64,000 nucleotides of DNA. It comes from Patescibacteria group bacterium. Its GTDB lineage: Bacteria; Patescibacteriota; Saccharimonadia; UBA4664; SCTI01. This document shows, piece after piece, positions 55,911-64,000 of the stretch; position 1 is the first letter of the stretch, and the number at the start of each line of letters is the position of its first letter. Below the pieces are notes generated by a model. That model worked only from the letters and a program-made list of their open reading frames with translations, searched no databases and was not told where the DNA came from. The stretch lies in the NCBI GenBank assembly GCA_004297735.1, contig SCTI01000002.1:128160-192159 (forward strand), written 5' to 3'. The translations under genes were made by a program, and so were the position numbers.

Positions 55911-56648
55911 CTACTGGGGTCGGGCGGCGGCGCTGCTGGCAGCCGCTCGCTCAATGGTGTCATCAAGTGGCTCAAGCGACTGAACGCCTTGCGAACGCTT
56001 AAGCGCCGCCAAAATCAGAGCATCAGCAAAGTCCGGATTCTTGGGCAAGACCGGGCCATGCAAATAGGTGCCGTAAACGTTGTTAACCACCGCCCCCTCA
56101 TTGCCGCTCGTGCCATCATTACCAAAACCGCGCACCACCGAGCCAAACGCCACCTGACCCTCTTCGAGCAAGGTTCGACCACTATGGTTTTCAAAACCCT
56201 CCAGTCGCCCAAAGGTGGTATCGATACTGACATTGCCTATCATCCGTTGCGTGCTGCCAATGGTGCGAGCCTGGAACAGCGCAATCCCGGGTATGGTCTC
56301 CCCCTCTAGGGTGGTAAAGCCACGCCCAAACAGCTGGTAAGTACCGCAAATGGCTAGCATTGGGACTCCGTCGGCAGCGGCCGCGTGCAAGGCCTTGGCG
56401 TGGCGCTGTAGGTCTTTGCCAACCGCAATCTGGCCACGATCCTGACCACCACCACCAAAGATGAGGTCGGCGCGCTTAATATCGATCTTGTCGCCCACTC
56501 CGGCCCTCACCACCTCAACCTGATACCCGCGCCATTCCAGGCGCTTGGTTAGGGTAATGATATTGCCACGATCGCCATAAATGTTCAGCTCCTCCGGGTA
56601 AAGATGAAGGATGGTGACCGATTTTTTAGCTACCTTACTCATTCCCAC
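55911..56648 (-). CDS. gatD: Lipid II isoglutaminyl synthase glutaminase subunit GatD (class I glutamine amidotransferase-like)
   Basis: The sequence reads LAICGTYQLFG. It is adjacent to and overlaps murT. Confidence 0.75.
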   Translation of the reverse strand: MGMSKVAKKSVTILHLYPEELNIYGDRGNIITLTKRLEWRGYQVEVVRAGVGDKIDIKRADLIFGGGGQDRGQIAVGKDLQRHAKALHAAAADGVPMLAICGTYQLFGRGFTTLEGETIPGIALFQARTIGSTQRMIGNVSIDTTFGRLEGFENHSGRTLLEEGQVAFGSVVRGFGNDGTSGNEGAVVNNVYGTYLHGPVLPKNPDFADALILAALKRSQGVQSLEPLDDTIERAAASSAAARPQ

Positions 56649-58027
56649 ACCCCCGATAATTTAACCCTGCGCCCCAGTTTTTTACGCGACTCTAGCATCG
56701 CGGTGTAGGTCGGTACAATGTAGCCGGTGCCGTTTTCGGGAAGTTGATCAATAAATTGGTTCAATGCCTTAGAAAGTTGGTGATGATTATGGCGAACCGG
56801 CATATCGGCGTACTTTAAACGCAGAGCCATGTCATCGGCGCGTAAACCAGCCACGTCAATTACATGACTTTGGGCGGTAAGCTCCTCAAACGCCACATCC
56901 CACAGCCACGAAATGTCCCGCCCATCGGCAAAGTTATCGTTGATAATAAATAGAATATTTTGTTGTTTATTTTTCAACAAAAAGGTATGGATTATTTGGT
57001 TAAAGCCGGTTGGATTCTTAACTAGCAGCAAATAAAGCTGCTTGGTGCCAACACTTAGAACCTCAACCCGACCAAAAGCGGCCTGGACTCGCGACAACGA
57101 TTCAAGTGCGGAATCGATTGCCACCCCAAAGCCCTGAGCCACCACCGTAGCGGCCAAAGCATTGTATATATTGTATAGCCCAGGCAGAAATATCTTGGCT
57201 TGATGGCAATCGTCGGTATCGCTCAATCTAACCTGAAAACTAGCGCTACGGTCGTTGAGTTTAATCTTATTTGCGTCTAGCGAGGGCTGGGGGCGACCAA
57301 AGTGACCAGCCGGGCAACGGTAGTGGCCGATGTGGCCAAAAAAGGCCTTGTTATAATCCAATGCGCGACCGCATACAGGGCAGGTATTTGAATCTGCGGT
57401 AACATCGTGCGCCAATTTTGTTGTAGGAACCTCATCGATTCCAAAGTAAACAACCGACTGATCCTTTGGGGCATACTGCGCCAGGCTGGCAACCAGCGGA
57501 TCGTCAGCATTGAGGTAAAGTTGAGCCTCCGTGGCAGCAATTCCCTTTCCAATTAGCTTGGCAGTGGTATCAAGCTCGCCGTAACGATCAAGCTGATCAC
57601 GAAAAAGATTGAGCACCACAATCGCGCGGGGCTGCAGCATCGCCGCCACCGCCGGCATGGCGGCCTCATCAACTTCGAACAACCCAACCGTGTCTTTGTA
57701 ATGCCCCGAAACAGAAATGTGTTCAATTAAGGCCGAAACAATGCCGCGACTCAGGTTGGAGCCGGCCCGATTGGCAACCAGCGACTCCCCGCTGTCGCTA
57801 AGCACCTTAGCCAACATCTTACTGGTGGTGGTTTTACCATTGGTACCGGTCACGATAATGCTGCCTCGAGGGATGCGACTGGCGAGCTTGGTGCCAATCT
57901 GGGGATCTAGCTTTTCGGCCACTAAACCAGGTAGAGCCGAGCCGCCGCCGCGTCCGACCAATCGACTCAGATTGAGCAGGGTTTTAGCAATAAGGACGGT
58001 TAGGGTGATTGGCATACCGCTATTCAT
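56639..58027 (-). CDS. murT: Lipid II isoglutaminyl synthase ligase subunit MurT (Mur ligase family)
   Basis: The P-loop reads TGTNGKTTT. A Cys4 ribbon reads CPVCGRALDYNKAFFGHIGHYRCPAGHF. The C-terminal DUF1727 region reads DISWLWDV. Confidence 0.8.
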   Translation of the reverse strand: MNSGMPITLTVLIAKTLLNLSRLVGRGGGSALPGLVAEKLDPQIGTKLASRIPRGSIIVTGTNGKTTTSKMLAKVLSDSGESLVANRAGSNLSRGIVSALIEHISVSGHYKDTVGLFEVDEAAMPAVAAMLQPRAIVVLNLFRDQLDRYGELDTTAKLIGKGIAATEAQLYLNADDPLVASLAQYAPKDQSVVYFGIDEVPTTKLAHDVTADSNTCPVCGRALDYNKAFFGHIGHYRCPAGHFGRPQPSLDANKIKLNDRSASFQVRLSDTDDCHQAKIFLPGLYNIYNALAATVVAQGFGVAIDSALESLSRVQAAFGRVEVLSVGTKQLYLLLVKNPTGFNQIIHTFLLKNKQQNILFIINDNFADGRDISWLWDVAFEELTAQSHVIDVAGLRADDMALRLKYADMPVRHNHHQLSKALNQFIDQLPENGTGYIVPTYTAMLESRKKLGRRVKLSGVWE

Positions 58028-58034
58028 AACCTCA

Positions 58035-58955
58035 TTATACCGCTTGCGCTAGGAATTCCGACACCTGTACCTCGGCTTCGGTTTGATTATGCGCCCACCG
58101 GATGTCCGAATTACGCTTAAACCAGGTCATCTGGCGCTTAGCGTAGCGCTTGGTGTCTTTAACGGTGTCATCAATCGCCTGCTCAACTGTCATCTGGCCC
58201 GCTGCGACGGCGGCAAAGCTACGATAACCAATACCGGTCATTGCCTCACTGTCTGGCTGGTAGCGCTTTAGCAGTGCTTCAACCTCATTGAGCAAGCCAT
58301 GTTCAACCATCTGGTTAACTCGCGTGGCGATGCGGGCCTCCAGCTCAACCATATCAATACTCATTCCAAGGATTAAGGTGTTTGGGCGCAGCTCCTGTTT
58401 CGTAGGCGGCTGACCATTAGCCTCGATTGCCCGAATCAACCGGCGAGGATTATGCCAGTCGCTATGGTTCAGCGATATACCGAGATCTTCAGCCCGAGCC
58501 TGCAGCTCGGCCAGACTTAAAGCCACCAGCGCAGGATTTGGCTGGGCCGCCCGGCCGCTCTTAAACGAGTAGTTATAAATTACCGAATCAACATACAGGC
58601 CGGTTCCGCCAACCATAATTGGCAGCTTGCCGCGAGCCTGAATGTTGGCGATGGCCTGATTCGCTTGCTCCTGGAAATCGGCTGCCGAAAAGGGCTGGTC
58701 CGGATCAACCACATCCAAAAGATGATGCCGTATCTGCTTCTGCTCGGCAGCGGCTGGTTTAGCGGTGCCAATATCCATACCGCGGTAGATAGTCCGGGAG
58801 TCGGCGGCGATAATTTCGCCATTAAAGCGCTGGGCGAACTGCATGGCCAGAGCGCTCTTGCCGCTAGCGGTCGGGCCGACAACAACCACGAGGGAGGTCG
58901 GACCCTTGGCTAGGTCGGACCCTTGGCTAGGTCGGACCCTCACTGTGGCCACCAT
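58035..58955 (-). CDS. miaA: tRNA dimethylallyltransferase
   Basis: The sequence reads VVVVGPTASGKSALAMQFAQRFNGEIIAADSRTIYRGMDIGTAKP. The true start may be the GTG at LVVVVG. The annotated N-terminus overlaps the tandem repeat. Confidence 0.8.
   Translation of the reverse strand: MVATVRVRPSQGSDLAKGPTSLVVVVGPTASGKSALAMQFAQRFNGEIIAADSRTIYRGMDIGTAKPAAAEQKQIRHHLLDVVDPDQPFSAADFQEQANQAIANIQARGKLPIMVGGTGLYVDSVIYNYSFKSGRAAQPNPALVALSLAELQARAEDLGISLNHSDWHNPRRLIRAIEANGQPPTKQELRPNTLILGMSIDMVELEARIATRVNQMVEHGLLNEVEALLKRYQPDSEAMTGIGYRSFAAVAAGQMTVEQAIDDTVKDTKRYAKRQMTWFKRNSDIRWAHNQTEAEVQVSEFLAQAV
58896..58940. repeat. Tandem direct repeat of a 17-mer GGTCGGACCCTTGGCTA (2.6 copies) at the miaA start / atl end
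   Basis: The sequence is ggtcggacccttggcta ggtcggacccttggcta ggtcggaccct. The core GGTCGGACCC equals the half-site of the uvrD-upstream palindrome. Confidence 0.6.
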
Positions 58956-59263
58956 AGCAGCGCGTCAACATCAACCTTGTAGTCGTCGCTTACCGCCACG
59001 CCATCGGCTTCTAAGTCGCGCCGATGAGCCTCACGGCCACCGCTGGTGTAGCCGCCGGCTAGTCCTCCCTGCTTGTTTACCACTCGCTGCCACGGTAGCT
59101 CGGGCGGACCCCAGTGCGCCACCTGCCCCACCACCCTAGCGGCCCGCGGGCTGCCACATAGCGCCGCAATCTGGCCGTAGGTCATTACTCTACCCTTGGG
59201 TATGCGAGCTACAAGTTCATATACCGACTGAGCAAATTCAGCCCCAAGCTGCTCAGAGCTCAT
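58940..59263 (-). CDS. Alkyltransferase-like protein (ATL; MGMT DNA-binding domain with Trp replacing the active-site Cys)
   Basis: The sequence reads YGQIAALCGSPRAARVVGQV...PWQRVV, where canonical Ogt has PCHRV. Confidence 0.65.
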   Translation of the reverse strand: MSSEQLGAEFAQSVYELVARIPKGRVMTYGQIAALCGSPRAARVVGQVAHWGPPELPWQRVVNKQGGLAGGYTSGGREAHRRDLEADGVAVSDDYKVDVDALLWWPQ

Positions 59264-60077
59264 TAAATACCTTTAGACGGCGCTGGCAATCATCATCCAT
59301 GACATGCTCGTTAAACAGCTGCTGATTATGCCAGTCTTGATGATTTATGGGTTTATTTGGGTTGGTAATAGTAATCACGCCATACTCCACTCCGCCAACC
59401 TCGCCTTCAGCACGAACGTCAAGGCGGCCAGAGTGGACATACATCAACTTATCGCCAGTTACCTCAACCACTAAGATATGGTGCGGAATGTTAACATTAC
59501 GACCATCCATAACTATTTGATCGCCAGGCCGTATTTTATTGACCGTTGGGACAACCTCATTGGCGGCTAAACTAGTAAGAATTCGGACACCTGCTAAGCG
59601 AACCGGCTGGTTACCCCAAAACTCTTGAATTTTAGCCAGCGAAACATGCTCGGGCTGGCTCTGCAGCAAGTCTTCGGTAATATGTGGCGGATGTGTATAG
59701 GCAGGGTTAAAAAAGTCTTTGAGTAATGCGGTACGGTCCTTGTATAAATAGTCCGCCAGATTAAGGCCCTGGTCTTGCAGATACTCATCAAAAACATGAA
59801 AAATAAAGCCGGAACAATCAACTCCCAAGCGAATTGAGGCCATGAACTGACGATAATCGTTGCCGGTTTTTAGGTGACCTTTGGCCTGACCGATATGCTG
59901 CTCCAAGGCTTCCTGGATTTCATCTGGCGAGCCCTTACCGTTATACAGCCCCCTCACCGGATGCTCGCCTTGGTGGCTCGGCACCTCGTCACGCCAATAC
60001 GGCGTCCAAAACTCTACCCCGCCCTCAGAAAGCTTATAGCGGTTGGCGATCTCGATTAGTTTACGCGAATCAATCAC
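59253..60077 (-). CDS. NlpC/P60-like (C40 peptidase family) protein
   Basis: The sequence reads GVDCSGFIFHVF, with downstream His residues. Confidence 0.45.
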   Translation of the reverse strand: MIDSRKLIEIANRYKLSEGGVEFWTPYWRDEVPSHQGEHPVRGLYNGKGSPDEIQEALEQHIGQAKGHLKTGNDYRQFMASIRLGVDCSGFIFHVFDEYLQDQGLNLADYLYKDRTALLKDFFNPAYTHPPHITEDLLQSQPEHVSLAKIQEFWGNQPVRLAGVRILTSLAANEVVPTVNKIRPGDQIVMDGRNVNIPHHILVVEVTGDKLMYVHSGRLDVRAEGEVGGVEYGVITITNPNKPINHQDWHNQQLFNEHVMDDDCQRRLKVFNEL

Positions 60078-60652
60078 CCCAGCAACTCCTCAACTTCACG
60101 CCAGGTCCGGGCTCTGGTCGCCCCCTCGGGCAGATCTTTGTCTCCGTTCCATTCATAGCTACCAAAGGCAATCCCCCGAATACCGGCCGCGATGCAGTCG
60201 GCCAAGTAAACCGGGCTATCATCAATCATGGTTTCGGCCCCAATTTCGTTGCAGACCACCGACTTGCGGCGATCGCCAGCGTAGTTAACCTTTTCGAAAA
60301 CATCCGGCATAAACCGATCGATCCAGGGCTGCGTATATGGAGCAAAATCAGCACTGCGGCCGGTCACAATCATTAAGCGATAACGCTCCTTGAGCCGACT
60401 TAAGGACTCAACCGCACCGTCGATTGGCTGCGTCGCAAGTGCCTCATCGGTCGACAGGTAATCAAAAATCCACTGCTCAGCTTGCTTGCGACTATGGTTC
60501 CAGCCGTGCTTGGGGGTGCCCACCTTTTGAGCAAAATGAATATCGTGAACTGTAATGAAATCTTCATGAGTCTGGTTGTAAGCATCAACCATTTCGTGAA
60601 CATGGGTCACCAAGGTGTCATCGAAATCGATTGCTATAATCGGCTTACTCAC
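60074..60652 (-). CDS. HAD-superfamily hydrolase (5'-nucleotidase-like)
   Basis: The sequence reads IAIDFDDTLV (motif I) and VTGRS. Confidence 0.5.
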   Translation of the reverse strand: MSKPIIAIDFDDTLVTHVHEMVDAYNQTHEDFITVHDIHFAQKVGTPKHGWNHSRKQAEQWIFDYLSTDEALATQPIDGAVESLSRLKERYRLMIVTGRSADFAPYTQPWIDRFMPDVFEKVNYAGDRRKSVVCNEIGAETMIDDSPVYLADCIAAGIRGIAFGSYEWNGDKDLPEGATRARTWREVEELLG

Positions 60653-62499
60653 AGAGTGCTCTCCGCCGAGCGACTGTTAATTTCGGCCTGCAGTTTAGTT
60701 ACAAAATCATTAAATGACAGCGAAACCTCTCGGTCGCCAAGATCGGCTCGGAGGCGTGGGTTGAGTTGGTCGCTTTCAACCTCCTTTTCGCCCACCACAA
60801 CCGTATACGGAACCTTCATCAGGCTGGCGCTGCGAATCTTTTTACCAACCGACTCGCTACTCAGATCAAGCTCCGCCCGAATACCGGCTTGCTTGAGCTG
60901 CTGTTTCCACTGCTGGGCCTTATCGACTATCTTTTCGGAATCATTAACGGTGATAAGGCGAACCTGCTCCGGCGCCAACCAAGTCGGGAAGTTACCGGCA
61001 AAGTGTTCGATGAGGATAGCCATAAATCTTTCGTATGAACCAAGGATGGCACGATGAACCATTATCGGAGTCTTTTCTTGGCCATCGCTGTCTACGTAGG
61101 TTAAGCCAAACCGCTTAGGCATGGCAAAATCAATCTGAATGGTCGAAAGCTGACGTTCATTGCCCAGCGCGTCCTTAAACATAAAATCAAGTTTAGGACC
61201 GTACAGGGCTGCCTCCCCCTCCATCCGCTGCGCATTCAACTTTAGGTCATCCGAAACCTGCTGCAACAGCTCTTCGGCCCGATTCCAATCAGCGTCCTCT
61301 CCGATATATGACTCCATATCCTGAGGATCACGAACCGATAACGAAACCCAGTGATCACCGTACATACCCAAATCGGTGTAGAAACGCTTAATTATTTCGG
61401 CAATCAACTTGGCCTCATCCTTAATTTGGTCAACAGTACAAAAAGTGTGTCCGTCATCCACGGTGATAGCCCGTACTCGAGTTAATCCACCTATCTCACC
61501 CGGCTTCTCATCACGATACTGCATGGTTGACTCCATGTAGCGAACCGGCAGGTCGCGGTAGCTCTTTGGGGTTGAGGCATACAGCTGAGTATGGTGCGGG
61601 CAGTTAACCGGCTTGAGAATAAAGTCCTGATATTTACCCTTAACGTGGAGCAACTCGTCCTTAAACTTGTCCGCATGGCCAGATGTTTTATACAGATCAA
61701 GCTTAGCTATATGAGGAATGGTTACCTCTTGCACGTCAAAGTCGTGGCTAGCATCCGCCAAGGCTCTTTTAAGCTCGTTGCGCATAGCAGTACCTCGAGG
61801 CGTCCACAATGGAAGACCGGAACCAACCAAGTTTGAAAAGGTAAACAAATCCAGCTGCTTGCCGAGCTTGCGATGGTCGCGCTTTTCGGCCTCGGCCAGT
61901 TGTTCAAGGTAGTTGTTCAAATCTTCTTTGGTCGCAAAGGCCACGCCATAAATGCGCTGGAGCTGCGGATTTTTTTCGTCGCCGCGCCAGTAAGCACCAG
62001 AAACTTTGGTTAACTTAAAGACGCCGGCCTGACCGGTATCTTCCAGATGCGGTCCGCGACACAAATCAACAAAATCGCCGGTTTTGTATAACGATACCGT
62101 TGTAACTTTTTCAGCACTTTCGGCACCCAACTGCTCGCGGTCAATGTCCTTTGCGACGGTGGTGCCATGCTTTTTGAGGTCGCTCAAAAGCTCTACTTTA
62201 AATGGCTGTTCAGCCTGTTTGAACAACGAAATAGCTTCATTTAGACCAACCTCTTGTCGCTCGAACACCATTTTTTGTTTAATGATTTCTTGCATCTTTT
62301 TGGTAACCGCTTTAAGGTCATCCGGGCTTAATGTTTTATCAATATCTACATCGTAATAAAAGCCATTATCGATAACCGGGCCAACGCCAAACTTGGCCTT
62401 TGGGTAAAGCTGCTGCAAGGCCGCCGCCATAATATGAGCCATCGAGTGGCGCATAACGTGCAGCTGATAGGTTGAATTTTCTGATTTTTTTTGAGCCAT
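60649..62499 (-). CDS. thrS: Threonine--tRNA ligase
   Basis: It has a TGS-less N-terminus (MAQKKSENSTYQLHVMRHSMAHIMAAAL), the motif RDHRKLGKQLDLF, and a class II core. Confidence 0.9.
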   Translation of the reverse strand: MAQKKSENSTYQLHVMRHSMAHIMAAALQQLYPKAKFGVGPVIDNGFYYDVDIDKTLSPDDLKAVTKKMQEIIKQKMVFERQEVGLNEAISLFKQAEQPFKVELLSDLKKHGTTVAKDIDREQLGAESAEKVTTVSLYKTGDFVDLCRGPHLEDTGQAGVFKLTKVSGAYWRGDEKNPQLQRIYGVAFATKEDLNNYLEQLAEAEKRDHRKLGKQLDLFTFSNLVGSGLPLWTPRGTAMRNELKRALADASHDFDVQEVTIPHIAKLDLYKTSGHADKFKDELLHVKGKYQDFILKPVNCPHHTQLYASTPKSYRDLPVRYMESTMQYRDEKPGEIGGLTRVRAITVDDGHTFCTVDQIKDEAKLIAEIIKRFYTDLGMYGDHWVSLSVRDPQDMESYIGEDADWNRAEELLQQVSDDLKLNAQRMEGEAALYGPKLDFMFKDALGNERQLSTIQIDFAMPKRFGLTYVDSDGQEKTPIMVHRAILGSYERFMAILIEHFAGNFPTWLAPEQVRLITVNDSEKIVDKAQQWKQQLKQAGIRAELDLSSESVGKKIRSASLMKVPYTVVVGEKEVESDQLNPRLRADLGDREVSLSFNDFVTKLQAEINSRSAESTL

Positions 62500-62519
62500 A
62501 CTCGGTTACCTCTTTACTA

Positions 62520-62690
62520 AAATAACAAAAAACACGCTATTGCTAGCGCGTTTGGACCCCAAATTGCGCGAGGGCGGTTCCACCAAACTTCCCTGCCGGT
62601 GCAGGACTCTTAGGAGCCGATGTACGTCACCGACAAACGGAGCTACGGGGCGGTTAACTCCCGCTGCGCTCTATTCAACTCTCAATGAGG
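62520..62690 (-). promoter_or_regulatory. T-box riboswitch leader of thrS (Thr ACC specifier) with promoter and terminator/antiterminator
   Basis: The minus strand has a TATAAT at 62693-62698. The Stem I region is GAGAGUUGAAUAGAGCGCAGCGGGAGUUAACCGCC. The T-box sequence is AAGUUUGGUGGAACCGCCCUCGCGC. The terminator is ACGCGCUAGCAAUAGCGUGUUUUUUG. Confidence 0.7.
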
Positions 62691-62693
62691 TTA

Positions 62694-62942
62694 TTATACC
62701 TCGTTATCTCGAGAACCTTCAAGTGTCTTAAACGCTTCTGCCTCCAAGTCTCCAACCGGCTTGCCTGCCACTGCATCTTCAAGCGCCTGCACCTCAGCTG
62801 CATTTGCAAGTTTATGAAAATCAGCATTGGCCTGCTCAACCCTATCAGCGTGGGTGACCCTCTTTGTTTCTTCGGCCGACTTAAAGGATGGCTCCCCAAC
62901 CTTATCGAGACCAGGAGCTTCGTTTGGTTCACCTATAAACAT
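62694..62942 (-). CDS. Small hypothetical protein (82 aa)
   Basis: The ATG is preceded by AAGAGAGGG about 5 nt upstream. The sequence reads MFIGEPNEAPGLDKVGEPSFKSAEETKRV... Confidence 0.4.
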   Translation of the reverse strand: MFIGEPNEAPGLDKVGEPSFKSAEETKRVTHADRVEQANADFHKLANAAEVQALEDAVAGKPVGDLEAEAFKTLEGSRDNEV

Positions 62943-62975
62943 GTTTGCCCTCTCTTATTGTATTGAATAATAGCA

Positions 62976-63052
62976 TGGTGGATCTGACAGGATTCGAACC
63001 TGTGACCTCTTGAATGTGAATCAAGCGCTCTAACCAGCTGAGCTACAGATCC
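62976..63052 (-). tRNA. tRNA-Val (anticodon CAC)
   Basis: The minus strand reads GGATCTGTAGCTCAGCTGGTTAGAGCGCTTGATTCACATTCAAGAGGTCACAGGTTCGAATCCTGTCAGATCCACCA. Confidence 0.9.
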
Positions 63053-63063
63053 GTATAAGTACT

Positions 63064-63139
63064 GGTGGGCCCTACAGGACTCGAACCTGTGACCTCTTCA
63101 ACGTCAATGAAGCGCTCTAGCCAGCTGAGCTAAGGGCCC
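63064..63139 (-). tRNA. tRNA-Val (anticodon GAC)
   Basis: The minus strand reads GGGCCCTTAGCTCAGCTGGCTAGAGCGCTTCATTGACGTTGAAGAGGTCACAGGTTCGAGTCCTGTAGGGCCCACCA. Confidence 0.9.
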
Positions 63140-63359
63140 ACGTACCAAGAGAATATAGCTGATTTGGACGGTTTTTTCAATCTCATAATAGCTTGGCGCA
63201 GTTGATGCCTCCGCAGTGAGCGTGATAGCGAACGCAGGAGCCATCAACGGAGCCATGTCGCTTTATGCAACCCGCCAAAAATGTAATCCGCTTACGCTTG
63301 CTGTTACAAGGTCCCCCACGGTAAGCTTTGTACAAGACGCCAAAGTGGGGATTCAGCTA

Positions 63360-64000
63360 TGTTAACGCAGTCGATTGCCGACAAGATTCACTCAAAGGTA
63401 GCCGGTCTAGTTGGCCAGCCGCTGTCGGTGACCGATGTTAACGGCACCATTTTGGCCACCAGCGACCCGCGCGTAGACGAGAGTGCCGACATTCAGGCCA
63501 TACCCTGGGCTATCGGCTTGGCACACGATAACTCAACCATTGGCTATGTGGTTTTATCGCGAGAGATGCCCAATCATCAAGAGATTGCGCCACTCATACA
63601 ATCAATATCCGAACTTATCCTCCATCAATCCCTATTAATAGAGCGGCTGCCTCACCAAGAGGAGCGGCTGGACAAGTTTATTTACGACTTGGTTACCGGA
63701 TCATTAACCGACTTTGCGACCATATCGGCCGAGGCTAGACTGTTTGATATTGATTTTGAGCTCCCCCGCCTCGCGCTGGTCGTCAACGTTGACGACCCAG
63801 TGTTGACCGGCGAGATCCGCGACATCAGCGATCGCGAGTTGCGAATTAGTCGCTACAAGTTCGGCCTCAACCGTGGCCTTAACTCCTACTACACCGCCAC
63901 CACCAGCAACGTTGTGGCTTATTTGGGCCACAACAGCTTTTGCATCTTAAAGGAGTTGGGCGAAGAAGACATGACCACCTCGCTCGAACGATTTAAGCGC
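63360..64000 (+). CDS. CdaR/PucR-family regulator, N-terminal sugar-diacid-recognition-like domain (partial, runs past the window end)
   Basis: The sequence reads MLTQSIADKIHSKVAGLVGQPLSVTDVNGTILATSDPRVDE... (CdaR N-domain pattern). There is no stop inside the window. Confidence 0.55.

Noticed and set aside
62540-62731. A 63-aa plus-strand ORF upstream of thrS
   Set aside because: It lies antisense across the thrS T-box leader and its promoter.
1-64000. CRISPR arrays, rRNA genes, integrase/transposase genes and IS elements
   Set aside because: None was seen. There are no regularly spaced direct repeats with unique spacers, and no tyrosine/serine recombinase or DDE transposase motifs were recognised in any frame.

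Overview
This 64 kb window looks like a housekeeping-dense chromosomal segment from a small-genome bacterium with a Gram-positive-type envelope. The LPXTG surface protein, the LCP enzyme, the MurT/GatD pair, the T-box leader on thrS, the lone PilB/GspE ATPase, and compact overlapping and leaderless genes are typical of Saccharibacteria/CPR-like genomes. That lineage call is inference only.

Genes I can support include gyrB (partial), pheST, trpS, rmuC, argS, smpB, infC-rpmI-rplT, rpmB, thrS, miaA, mgtE, murT/gatD, rnhA, a UvrD-type helicase fused to a RecB-type nuclease, a ClpB-type AAA+ protein, an S8 subtilase, an L,D-transpeptidase, glycosyltransferases, a polyprenyl-phosphate sugar transferase and two MFS transporters.

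RNA genes missing from the ORF track are tRNA-Pro(CGG), tRNA-Pro(GGG), tandem tRNA-Val(CAC) and tRNA-Val(GAC), RNase P RNA on the minus strand at about 49600..49990, tmRNA (ssrA) on the minus strand at about 35169..35546, and a T-box leader upstream of thrS.

The unusual parts are:
- Three anomalous islets sit at tRNA or tmRNA 3' ends. One is a high-GC small ORF plus a 72-nt tmRNA-like mini element next to tRNA-Pro(CGG). One is a MazF/PemK-fold gene, with no visible antitoxin, directly after ssrA and ahead of a compositionally mixed 3.7 kb stretch. One is an AT-rich gene with an Rx5H HEPN-like motif next to tRNA-Pro(GGG).
- The UvrD-nuclease gene overlaps a SprT-like HExxH metallopeptidase gene and sits behind a perfect 10-bp palindrome. 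The palindrome half-site (GGTCGGACCC) recurs as a tandem 17-mer at the miaA start.
- A roughly 50-nt palindromic repeat family occurs in two intergenic copies.
- A roughly 770-nt GC-rich, heavily self-complementary non-coding block lies between convergent genes.
- The Clp-type double-AAA+ ATPase is membrane-anchored.
- A giant T4CP-like ATPase with a long Pro/Ala-rich tail lies beside the LPXTG protein.

No CRISPR array, rRNA, integrase or transposase is visible.
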